Shown one piece after another: positions 12,152 to 24,800 of a stretch of DNA of 64,000 nt. Source of the DNA: Octopus sinensis. Its lineage: Eukaryota. A program made the translations under genes and the position numbers. Below the pieces are notes generated by a model. The model had not been told where the DNA came from and made no database searches. It saw only the letters and a list, made by a program, of their open reading frames with translations. The stretch covers positions 113,150,001 to 113,214,000 of the forward strand of contig NC_042998.1 in assembly GCF_006345805.1 (NCBI RefSeq). The letters run 5' to 3'. Each line of letters begins with the position of its first letter. Within the stretch, counting starts at the first letter, position 1.

Positions 12152-12578
12152 AATTACTCGTAACTATATTTAATTCTTGGGCAATAACGGAAAGAAATGA
12201 AACGTGACAGCAAAGAAGCTTCGAAGTGGTTGCTTGACCTGCTAGAAATGGCATGCAAATAACAGTTAATAATGGTCTTAAATAAAGGACAAACCAGAAT
12301 TGACATAGAAAATCTATTCACAATCTATATATATATATATCTTTTATTTGTTTCAGCCATGCTGGAGAACCACTGTAAATATATATATATATAGCGAAAG
12401 AGAAAGAGCAGAGAGGAATAGATTTTATGTCATTCTTGTTTGTCCTTTATTTAAGACCATTATTAGACTGCGATTTACATGCCATTTCTAGCAGATCAAG
12501 CAACCACTTCGAAGCTTTGCTGTTGCGTTTTATTTCTTTCCGTTATTGCTCGAGAATAAAATATAGCTACGGGTAATT
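12152..12578. repeat. Inverted duplication with ~165-bp arms
   Basis: 12152-12320 is the near reverse complement of 12416-12578 (aattactcgtaactatattt... / ...aaatatagctacgggtaatt), with a ~95-nt spacer. Confidence 0.9.
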
Positions 12579-12599
12579 AGTTATTTTTTCTTTTTTGCC

Positions 12600-13211
12600 T
12601 CGAACTTCGTTCTACATAATTTTTTCAGGATCCGACACGTAAATATTTTTGAGAAAGAAACCGTAAACATTTTTCTTTTGCAATGGTTAATACAATTCTA
12701 TGCTAGTTACGTAGTGGAGTCGATTCTAGTATTCCTATAAAACATCCAATATATGAATGGAATTATAATAATTATAATAAAAGACTAGGAGAAAAGAGAG
12801 TTAAAAGTTCTCCGAGTTGAATATTTGTAAATCATAAATAAATAAAAACTTGTTGGTAGAATGTGTCAGCAAAGTTATCTTCCCCTTGTTTATATTGTTT
12901 GGCACAAGGGTGCGTTATATGCGAAACCTTACTGTTTACGTATGGCGCACATGTAGCACTAATGTTTCCCACAAAATGGATTTGCCCGTTATTGTGCACG
13001 AATTAAGGACTCTAAATGAACAATACAAGAAAAGAGTAACTGATAAAGAACAAGCTACAGCGGTTTATTGCAAGGGTTTCTGCACGGTAAGTCTAAGGCG
13101 TTGGCCGCCAACATATCTAAGGCAGTAGCCGTTACGGTGAAAGCATCCTCGTCGTCGTAGTCGTCAAATCTACCATAATGGCTGCGTGTCGGAACTTTTT
13201 CTCCATTCTTA

Positions 13212-13242
<31 letters not shown>

Positions 13243-13250
13243 ATGTGTTT
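12600..13250. promoter_or_regulatory. CpG-rich, repeat-free promoter-like region
   Basis: Locally abundant CG, unique sequence, strong splice donors on both strands (gtaagt at 13087 plus; gtaagg at 12930 minus), at the edge of a CpG-poor domain. Confidence 0.5.
12976..13086 (+). CDS. Candidate first coding exon or uORF (MDLPVIVHELRTLNEQYKKRVTDKEQATAVYCKGFCT)
   Basis: aaaATGG start context, 37 open codons, canonical ACG|gtaagt donor. The protein is not recognised. Confidence 0.35.
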
Positions 13251-14464
13251 ATACATTTATATATATTATGTCGTGCTTATATGACTTTATCGAAACTTTG
13301 TACGGTACTTAAAACGGAGAATTATATATATTTGCAAACCATCCTGAATTGTATATACGTGTGTATATCTATATACACACAATTGCATGTTCTGACTGAT
13401 AGCAGTTTTGGTTTTTCCTTGTTAAATGGCTGCTTTCCTGGCGCTAAGCTTTGCATTGAAAATAACGATTTTATCATATTTCAATTAAATCTACTTCTGT
13501 ATAGAAATCAATGCTGTTTCCTTTATCATAGTTAATTCAGCCTAACATGATGATAGTCTTCTCATAGTATATATACACATATCCAAATATATATTAAAGA
13601 TTGATATACCTTCTCTATTGACAAATATACGAGTGCCTGCTTTTCCCTAACTTAAGGATTCGTAGACGACTATCCACACACACATACATACATATATATG
13701 TATATACTTTTATATAGATATGTACATGGATATAGTCTCTTTATGCACACACACACACATTTATGTACATTAGTGTTTATATATGTGTATGTATTTATTT
13801 TTGATAAGTTCTTTATTATTTAAGTGTTAATAGAGGCAACTCCGCATTTTCGTTAGATATATCATTTTCTTCGCTTAACTTATTTAAGTTCCACTTTATT
13901 TTTCTCACTTTATTTTTCTCACTTTTTGTTATTAACACCATATATTAGGGAAATTTTTCTGATTAAAGATTATTGTATTCTCTTGTTTATGTCTAAAATC
14001 TTGATGTTGTTTAGACATTGTATTTTGTCCCACACATCTATGATCCTATATATATATATCCCCAGCACATAGGTGTGAATGTACGTGTTTATATGTCACA
14101 CTTTTAAACGAGAGGGTTGAAATTAAGAAAACTGATGCAAACATAAATATGATTGTGTGTGCACACTCTTGCATTGAATTGATCATGGGAAAAGCTCATA
14201 CAATCAATCGACTCTCAACAAACGTATGCCAATCAATCTTAACAGCTTGCTCTTGCGTACTCTGATTTGTAAAAGGAATAAGTTCAATTATTTTCATATT
14301 TCACTCCATCCCCCCCCCCTCTCTCTCTCTCATTGGAAGCTGATGATTCATTCTCGAACGAATGCATTCTGCTACATATATTGAGTACTTTTTCTCCTTG
14401 TCTGTGCACTCAAATACGTGTGTGCATACACACACACACACATATATATATAGATTATACTATG

Positions 14465-14498
<34 letters not shown>

Positions 14499-15038
14499 TA
14501 GTCACCAGTCATCTTCCCCTGCTGATACTAATTTGTATGTCTCTGTAGACGATGCGATAAAACATCCAGATATCCATCTATGTCTTATACCATAGATGTT
14601 GAATACATACATACACACACACGCACACAAATCAGCCATCACCGTCGGTGTTATTTTCTTCTCACTCCCTTCTGTTATTGAATATCTCAATAGTAATGAC
14701 TGCTATCTATGTACTAGTGGCATTAATCTCTCTCACACACACACACATACCCAAGCATGACGCTTTGGTTATATTTTTCTGGTCCTAGGGCGACATTGAT
14801 TGAGCGGACCTATGGTCAAAGGCATTCTAGCTATGATCATCATCATTTATTTTTTTTCTAAACTTTTAATACTGTTTTGTCTTGTGTAGTTCCTTCCTCT
14901 CTTTTAAAAACTGTCAGGGCGTATTCGAAGACGATTTGGCTGCCATTTCCAGGAGGTCGATGAAACACAGTGGCTGAGTTGCTGCTGCTGCTGACACCCT
15001 CCTCTTCTACCTCATATACGGTGATCATGTGCTTTACC

Positions 15039-15085
<47 letters not shown>

Positions 15086-17339
15086 CGATTAATTCTGGTG
15101 TTTTGGTAGATTAAATTTAAGAGTTATTGACTTATCGTCCTTTGTATATGATATATATATATAATATATACATACACACTATTATATATAAGTATACATA
15201 ATCATTGGTCTTCAGCAGCTCATCTGTTTTTATTGACCATCTGTCCGTTTGTCCGTTTCAAACTGAGTTCCGATGTCCAGTTCCAATCGAAAACAAAAAT
15301 ATTTGCGCGCGTGTGAGTAGACTACTGATGGAGTAGACTTTTGATAAAGAACATTTTAGCTTTTGTCATCCTGATATACTGTTTAAATGACGGTTAATAT
15401 AGGGCGTAACAAAAATGACTACATTATTTCATGTAACCTTATTTTTTTTTTAAAGACTGTAGGATGTGATTTGAGGGATATTTGCTGCTATTTTCAGCCG
15501 TTCCATTTTGTTGGTCTTGTGCGTGTATCTAATTACAGATTGGACATTGTTTTGTTGACAAGAAGTATCTACTTTACCAACACATTATTTGAATATTTTG
15601 TTTTGCTTTTCATCCAACGCTCCCTTCTCACTCAAATCAGGGTTGGATTTGAGTTAAGTTGTTGTTTAGCCCCAAGTCAGCCCATGTCAAAAGAGCTGTA
15701 ATCGTCTTTGTATATATAACTAGTACTTTGTTACAGTGTGTCAATTCGTTTGTTTTTAAAGACGATAGAAAAGTCATTTCAGGGAAATTTCCTTGCTCTT
15801 TATAGTAGTTGGGGTGATTACATAGAGGTTAACTGACCCGTGGTTTAGCTATTACACTTAACGATTCATGTGATCCCTCTGCCTGAATTAACTAGGTTGG
15901 AGGTAGTAATAATAAGTGAGGTTTGAGTACGTATACTATTGATAAGGTAAGAGAGAGAGAGAGAGAGAGAGAGAGTAAGAGGTGGAGACTATATGTGCTA
16001 TGAAATATGTTATAGCTTTTTGGTTTTATTTCATTTTTAGCTTAATTCTATATTTTTGCTTGTCAACCATCATGGCAGACTGCAATCTGATTTGTTAGAA
16101 GCTGGTTACGACATTGTTTGTTATACACATCAATCAGGCCTTAATTCAGTTTGTTTTGCTGGTGGTAGTGATATTGAAATAGAGTGGATATTGTACTTTT
16201 AGTCGTTAGCATTAAAGTCTGCTGATTATTATTTTGGTTTTATTGCAGTATAGCCGAGCAAAATAATGAAGGGATATAAATGTAACTACAATTTTACAAA
16301 CAAAATATATGCTTCATGCAAACGAAATCTGTTTATACGGTTATATTTATGTAGATGGTCATCATTTGAATTGAAAACATTGAGAAAAACGTTCCTAGAC
16401 AAATAGAACTCTGAAAAGAACGTTTTCTGTAAAATTTGAAATGCCGTTGCTTTAATTTTTGAGTAATGATAGTGTCATTCGATATACAAGCAACATAACA
16501 TTTATGTAATTCTGATCTTTGTCATAATTTTGGATGGAAAACATCTGTGCAAGATGAAAAAATGTTCAATACTTTCGCTACTCACATTATTATTTATGAT
16601 TATAGAAAAGTTTAGTACTATATTAATGCATTCCATTATTTTGCTCAGGTGTTCTGTTATAGAGCTATTATATTTGTTATAATAGATCAATTGTGTCTAT
16701 TTACATACAGCCCTCCCTCTCTCTCTCTCTCTATAATATATATGTGTGTGTGTGTGTGCATAAGTCAATAATATCAACCCCAGTACTTCACAGAAGCATA
16801 TTTTATCGACTCCAGAGAAGGGTTTTGTACTACGAATGTTACTATGTTTCAACGCTCTACGTTTTCTGCCAATCAATCGCCCTGTTATGTGTAATATGTA
16901 CATGTTCATGTTTGTATATGTGACGAAAATATTACTGTATTTTGGAAGTGGTAACATTTTTAAGAATGTCAGTCAACTTGCTTTCACATTTGAGTTAAAG
17001 TAATCTGTTTACATAAAAATAGTTTGGAGTGGGGTATGTACAGACGAGTGTGGGGTGTGAACGACTGATTTGACGATTCTCAGTAAGGTCACATCTCTTT
17101 GGAGGTAAGATGTAGTCAGATGAATTAACTTTTTTTTATTGTTAATTTGTATTTTCTTCAATGTTTTCTTATTGTCGTGGTTTTGTTGCAGCATTATCAT
17201 GACAAAATTCTATATCAAACACGTCTAAGATAGGAACCCGTGACCACGCATATGTTACGCCACAATAATGTCCCCTCGTCATAACTGCTGCTATTTTGTT
17301 TTAATCCCGGGAAGATCGACAACAGTAGTGGAATTTGAA

Positions 17340-18700
17340 GTAGGGATACAGGCAAAAAAGAAAGCAATGTGAAGTTTGTACAGCAGTAAATCAGCTGAAG
17401 GGCGGGAAGGCAGTCGGTGTTTGTGGTATCCGCGGGGAAATGATCAAGAAAGGTGTGCCCGCTGCAGTCTTGTTCTTGCGACAGATCATCTGCTTAATCT
17501 GGAGCAGCGGCCTCATACCGCCTGACTGGAAGACGGGCATAATTATCCGTCTCTGGAAAGGTAAAGGCGACCGCTTCGACTACAACAATGAAAGGGCTGT
17601 TACACTCCACTCAGTGCCGAGAAAGGTTTTTATCTCTGAACAGAGTGCGAGGTTAACTACTGATAGAATCCTGTCTCTTCGTGTACTCATTGAACGCAAG
17701 CGGAGCTTTCAGCAGGGGCTGCTTGCAGTCTGTGTCGATCCCCGCGAGGTAGACAGAGATGTTCCTTGTAGGATTCTGGGGCTGCGAGGCATTCCTCTTC
17801 AACTGATTGGATTGATGGTGGCCTTATACACCAGAACAGTCAGTAGAGTTCGGATTGGGAGCTCAACAGCTGACTTTTTTCCAGTTACATCTGGGTTCCG
17901 TCATGGTTGTGTCTTGGATCCCACTCTTTTCAAAGCCTGCATGGATTGGACACTTGGTCGTATGGCAGCTCGATTGTGTTGTGGTGCACTGATTGGTGAA
18001 ACTAGGATGACAGACCTAGATTTTGCTTATGGCATAGTTATTCTTGCCGAGTCTGGATGACTTAACGAACGCTCTCCTTTCACTGAGTGAGGAAGCGGAA
18101 CCACTCGGCTTTAGAATCTCTTAGATCAAGACAAAGACCCAGTCTTTCGTTGACTTCTTGGAGAACTCCACTTCGTCTGTCTCAGTTGCAGGTGAAAATT
18201 CGAAGTTGTTGATCACTTCACTTATCTCAGCAGTGAAATTCATAGCTGCATTAGCTGCGAGTCTGAAGTCCTAAAAAGAATTGGACAAGCTGGAGCAGTT
18301 GTGGACTAATTGAACAAGGGTATTTGGCGCTGCCAATATCTGAACAGAAGGATAAAGGTTCGGATCGTTAGGTCTCTGGACCCCCCTGTCCTGCTCTATA
18401 ATTGAGAGGGTTGGACACTGTCCGGAGCCCTTAGAGACACCTGGGCTCTTTCGGTAACAGGCCAAGTTGCTTGATTTTCCAAGTTAGACCTTGCTTACTG
18501 TGTTCTCTTTGCTGAGGATTCAGCAGGCTTGATAGCTTGTGTTGGTCGACCACATAGTCACGGCAGATGAGGATGTATCTCGCGGAGATGGGCACTGTCT
18601 GGGGCTCTGCTCGACAGGGCGCCAGAACACGGGACATATGGTGACTGCAGCAACGCGCTTCAACCGCGCATACCCCCACATCTGATCTGATCTACTGTTT
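17340..18700 (+). mobile_element. RTE-clade LINE reverse-transcriptase region, decayed
   Basis: AVNQLKGGKAVGVCGIRGEMIK upstream. ORF 17440-18060 has DWKTGIIIRLWKGKGD, FPVTSGFRHGCVLDPTLF and DLDFAYGIVILAES (degenerate YADD). Confidence 0.9.
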
Positions 18701-18769
18701 CCGATAATGTCTAACATAAGTATAAAACTTAACTGGGGCTAAACGATAACAGCTGCTTGTAATTGTTGT

Positions 18770-19260
18770 TGTTTACTGGTTGGTTATTTTATTGTCCCAC
18801 CTTCCCCTTGAGAAAGATGAAAGACAATGTAGACCTTGGTGGAATTTGAACAACAATAACAAATAATAATAATAATTGTCTCAAATTTTGGCACAAGGCC
18901 AACAATTTCGGGTAAGGGGCTCGACCCCAGGTTTTAGTGGTAGTTATTTTATCGATCCCGAAAGGATGAAAGGCAAAGTCGACCTCAGCGGAATTTGAAC
19001 TTAGAACGTGAATATGAACGAAATACCTTAAGGGTTCTACCAGCTCGCCGCCTTAATAATAATAATTTTTGATTTAGGCTAATAATTTAAAAATAATCTT
19101 AAGAGAAGAGGTTAGTCAATGTCATTGACCCCCTGTACTTGGCTAGTATTTGATTTTATCGACTCCTTATTTGACCTCAGCGGAATCTGACCTCTGAATG
19201 TAAAAAAGCCGAAGTTGCCAGTCTTTCTTTTTTTCCGACGATCTAATGATTCTGGCAAAC
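18770..19260. mobile_element. Cluster of tRNA-derived SINE fragments
   Basis: gaaaggcaaagtcgacctcagcggaatttgaact...cagctcgccgcctt followed by (TAA)n; same family as 62806. Confidence 0.75.
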
Positions 19261-19879
19261 CACCGCTCTCAGTGATATAATTATATCATCCCTGGTTAAA
19301 CACATCTGATGAAATACACTCTAAACGTTACTATTTTGTCTTTATATTATATATCAGGAACTACATTGTCCAATGTGACAATTATAAGACGCTAGGTTGT
19401 GATATGAAGGAATTTGACAGGTATTTCTAGCGAGTCAAGCAGCATAGTCTTGTAGAAAACATTTTCTTGTTGGATTAGCAGGGTTGCTAAAACGCCTATA
19501 GTCGATATTTTTTGCAGTCTGTGATCACCTGACTTTGCCTTAAAATCTTATGGTGTCGATGAAATATGTACTATTCAAGTACCGGAGTCATTTAAATCGA
19601 ATACTACTCCTCCCCTTCAAAACTTATGGTTCTTATAACTGTTAGAAATCATACGCAAAGGATCGAAAGCTGTTTGACTGGATCCAAGAGACAGAGAGGT
19701 GACGTGACAGGAAACCAACATTCACTCTTCAAAGGATCGATCGGGACGTGTACGTGTATTCGATTCCTGACAGATCTGTTGCTTTTCGGTTGTATTTAGA
19801 ACAACTGCGACAGTGGACTTGAGTGCTTACTTCGACGACCTTCGCAGCTCTCGACAGAAGCCGCGAAGTGTTGTGTAAA

Positions 19880-21130
19880 AGTAAGTTGTAGTTGCGCGAG
19901 GAGCGAAATCATCCTGCTTGAATGGTTTGCGCCAAAGTTTTGGCGTTCGTTTACTGTCTGCCGGAGAAGTGGGAGCACTGTTGAGGAAGGGAGCGAACAA
20001 GAGACACATCAATAATTTCCGGACCATGGTTTTGCTGAACGAAAGGTTTTAAATTTTGCCAAAGTTGCTTGCAAAGAAGTTTACGCTTGTTGCGAGAAGG
20101 TGCAGACTTGTGTGATACATTATCGAGAAGGGTGGGAAAACAAATTTGGCTTCAATGAGGCTCTTGATAGATTTGAATCAATTGAAGACTTTCAATAGGA
20201 TCGTGCATCGCTGTTTGATTGTAGCGGATCCGGTTTCGTTTTCAGAGATTGGGTCGCTTCAGCGTACAACTGGCCAACTATCGGAGCTGTTTCACATCTG
20301 ACACTCAAGCCACTACTATTGAACCTGGAAGTATTGAGGGATATCCCGTACGAACTGGGATATGGGAGAACCGTTAAGGTGTCGGAAACCACGGAAATCT
20401 AGGAATTCAAGGTGGTGACAAGCGCAAAAATTAACTCGAACAAGTCGTTGAGCTTGCAATTCCCATCTCGAGCAAGTCCATGCTGCCGACCAGTCAGGCC
20501 TGATAAGTCGCTTGGGGTCTGGTTCGGTCCGGACCTTCCGTGAATAGAAATTTGGATGAGACGACAGAGATTGGCTGAGAGCAGCTTTCCTTGAATAATT
20601 AGGCGAACGCGTACGTCGCCTCCGTCTGCTCTTTCGCTTCTTGTGCAAGAAACGTGTTCCACTAGTCGGACAGTCCATTTGTTGGAGACACTCACACGCA
20701 GACAGCTCGGTGTAACCATGGCTGATGATGCGCTGACGGTGATGACATCTGCTGAGATTTCTTTGTGAGTGAGCAGGTGTTATCGCCTTTTGTTTTTGTC
20801 GGACACGTTTTTCACAGTTCGTCTCTGACGGAATTGCAGTCTTTGAAGCAAAGACTACAAAACCGGGTTGTTTGGCATCTATAATGTTATCAGACGTTTG
20901 CATCAGTCGAACAATGCTGCTGGTAGAACTTTGCCGTCAACTTTCTATGGAAAACTTACGATGGGGAAGAGCGACGGTGTTCTCCCCGGAATACTCTGGA
21001 CGTCGACTTGACTAGTCTGTTCCGGAGGATTTACTGTTTGTCCGGCGACTATAGATAACAGCTGACATGGTATTGCAACAAAGACATTGCTGGTCTGACA
21101 TATATTCTCTAGACGTTGTGCACGCACTCT
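19880..21130 (+). mobile_element. Tx1/L1-clade LINE ORF2 fragment (RT to zinc-finger region), decayed
   Basis: Manual plus-strand translation: NFRTMVLLNERF*ILPKLLAK, LIDLNQLKTFNRIVH (the DQEKAFDRV motif), VTSAKINSNKS, LGVWFGPDL, PWLMMR, DLTSLFRR. Confidence 0.8.
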
Positions 21131-23924
21131 ATCAGTGTGTGAGCATTACTAACTTGTGGAGTTTTGTTGGAAGGTGAATGAGTACCATGAGAATGACCCG
21201 AATGAATAAGTCTATTTTCTGTATGTTCCTGTTGGCCGGGGAATATAACTTGGATAGGGTATTTGCCTTGGTAGACAATCTAGATCTATGGGGTTTCTCG
21301 ATTAGCTTTTGGTACCCTACTCCGATTGCGGATTGTTTTTTTTTTCCTTTTTGACATTATTTGTTGTTACTTTCTCTTTGATGTAAACTCCCGCAACTTT
21401 CTGTTTTTAAGCAATGAGACTATAATCCTATCAGTTGTTTTGTTTCAAAGACCTTCCAGTCGTGACCAATCTTTTTGTTTATCAAGCACTACATTGTCCA
21501 ACCTGTTTATGACTGGAGGACAATTTGAGAGATATTTGACTGCCATTTTTAGCAGGTCGAAAGATCGTTTAGCCCCCCCCCCCCGTATCGGCAATTTTAC
21601 CAGCACTGCTTTTACAATTCAAGGGTGGGGAAAAACTCGTTAAAGAAACAGTAATTTAATTAATGTCAAAGAATTTGTGAATTTAAAAATTAATTTTTTC
21701 CACGGAGATGCATCATCATGCGCTCGCGCACACAACTTAGCACTTTTGTTGATTAACCTTAGATCAGTTCAGAATGTGTAAACCTCCAAGATCAAAGACG
21801 TTCCACCCAAACTCTGACCCTCCCGTCATTTTCAAGGACTAAATTATCGAATTTATTATCATTAAAGACAGTGTGTTGTGCTATGAGGGAGATTTGGCTG
21901 CTATTTCTAGCAGAACGAGCGACCACTCAAGCTACTTCGTCACTTATATTGTTGTCACAACCTGTACGTGGTCGCTCAACTTGCTAAAATAGCAGCCAGA
22001 GGATACCATTAGGTAGTCTTAAACACGGTTGAAACACACACATTTGGTCATAAAGTTTGCTCAAGTCAAGACAGATATTGGGGCTTAGCAACAATTTTTA
22101 GATTTATTTATACCCCCCCCTCTCATCTATATCGGAATCACTCCTCCATGGATCACCTCTGAGATGTCACGTAGCACAGCGTTGTTAGCTGCGACACACG
22201 GACACACATACACAACACAGTTCAATTCTACCTTCTCCTTTTCACTCCTAATTCCTCCATTTAAATAAGCTTATCTTTTAATTTCCTCCTCCATTACTTT
22301 TGTCTTCTTCTCATGTTGTGTATCTGCGATCAGGTTTTCGATTTAGCAATTCTTTAAAAAAATTAATTAATATTCTCGGCTCCGTTCTTGGGTTTGGGTT
22401 CAAATCCCGCCGAGGCCGAGATCAATCTTTTGTTGTTGCGTTTTATACTTTGGAGAGATTCTTTAAATAAGTACAACTCTCGTGATCACCCAGCATATAT
22501 TCAGTGTATCTAACGTCACTTATTACTTTTAAGATGTTAGGAGTGTGATTCGAATATGAATTGGCTGCTATTTCTAGCATGTTTGGTTACCACATACCTT
22601 CCGTTGCTGTCTTGAGATGAGTTGCTGTGAACTATTTCTAATCGTTTATTTTCTACAAAGGGATATCAAGAAGAGAACGCTAAAAATAGTCCTCAGAATT
22701 AACGCGTTGAATCCTAAAGTTGAAAATGTATTTGCATATATATTTGGGAGGGGGGCGTTCACATGTGTTAACACATTAAAGTATGTGTATATACATTTGT
22801 GTGTATGAATATGTATTTGTATGCATATATGTATATACTCATGCAACAAACGTACGCACATACGTGTGTGTTATTCAGTTTGCTGAAGTAGAAGTTCCAT
22901 TTATTTTCTTATTGAACAGCAGGTCAGACCTGATTGAGCAAGATCTATGATCTAAACGCGTTTCATTTAAGCTTATCTAAAGAGTCCATTAACCAGCGTC
23001 GTATCTCATTTTTCTGACATGGCTGCTATTTCTACAAACTCTCGTTGGCTTCTTTTCTTTTAAGTTGCTAGCTCTAGAATTGTTTTGGCTAAAAAAAAAA
23101 AAATAAATTAAATAAAATCCAGGTCAAAGACGGTTTATTATTGAGAAACTACTGCTAGAATCAGCAGTGAAGTCAATCATATTTCTTTCCAACTAGCTAC
23201 TCTCTCTCTCTCTCTCTCTCTCTGTATCTATATAATGTTCATATATGTACTTGAACGTGTGTGTGTATGTAATGTGTCTGTGCCTAATTGATATGTAGTA
23301 GATATGCACACTTAATTGCTTTTATATATCGTTAGTGTGTGTGATGTATATCGGTCGGTGCTGTCTTTCAGCTACTATATAAACTTCGCTACTGCTACTA
23401 CACTTCATCTCGCTCTCTCCTTCACACACTCCTGGAAAATTTTTTTGCGCGCGTACACACACACACACACACATAGAGTGTGTGTATTTTATACATTTCA
23501 TATCTTTGTTACTGCGTATAGTGCAAAATAAATTGCAGGACACTATTTCAGTATTTAACAAAAAGAAATGTTTCTCTTTCTCTATATGTATATATGTGTT
23601 TCTCCCTGTCTCCACAAGTCTGTCTGATCCTCTCTCTCTCTCTCCCCATCAATGGCCGTCATTCACCAAACAGAGAGAGAGAGAGACAAACAGACAGACT
23701 GAGAACCTGATCAAGTCTTCAGCTAAACAATACGAGAACCTTTTTTTTTTCCTCTGATAAAGATTTACTTTGAAATCTCTTAGCTTGTGTGTGTGTGCTT
23801 TAGTTACTCATATAGCCTTTCACAAGTTAAGAAAAGGTGACAAGTGAAAATTTTGTAAATATAATTATAAGCTTCCACCGTATATTGACTATAGAAAATA
23901 GTCTAATATTAGAGTATGTGTGTA

Positions 23925-24015
23925 TGCATATATATACTTACAATATATAATTATATATATTTACAGTATATTATATATATATATATATATTTATTTACAA
24001 TATATATATATATGA

Positions 24016-24061
<46 letters not shown>

Positions 24062-24556
24062 ATATATATATATATATATATGATATATATATATATGATG
24101 ATATATATATATATATATATGATATATATATATATATATGATATATATATATGATGATATATATATATATATATGATATATATATATGATGATATATATA
24201 TATGATGATATATATATATATGATATATATATGATGATATGATATATATATATGATGATATGATATATATATATGATGATATATATATATATATATGATA
24301 TATATATATGATATATATATATATGATGATATATATATATATATATGATATATATATATATATATATGATGATATATATATATATATATATGATATATAT
24401 ATATGATATATATATATATATGATGATATATATATATATATATGATATATATATATATATGATGATATATATATATATATATGATATATATATATATATG
24501 ATGATATATATATATATATGATATATATATATATAGATGATATATATATATATATG

Positions 24557-24587
<31 letters not shown>

Positions 24588-24707
24588 ATATATATATATA
24601 TGATGATATATGATATATATATATGATATATATATATATGATATATATGATATATATATATATGATATATGATATATATATATATATATATATGATATAT
24701 ATATATA

Positions 24708-24754
<47 letters not shown>

Positions 24755-24800
24755 ATACATGATGATATATATATGATGATATATATATATATATATATAT
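23925..24800. repeat. ~870-bp compound (AT)n/(ATG) microsatellite
   Basis: Direct reading: atatatatgatgatatat arrays. Confidence 0.97.

Noticed and set aside
17023-17104. Exon with in-frame TGA (ECGV*TTDL) as selenocysteine or editing-rescued stop
   Set aside because: Poor acceptor, no resemblance to a selenoprotein fold, no SECIS seen. A shorter exon avoids the stop.
20316-20903. 195-aa minus-strand ORF
   Set aside because: Antisense shadow of the GC-richer Tx1/L1 relic on plus.
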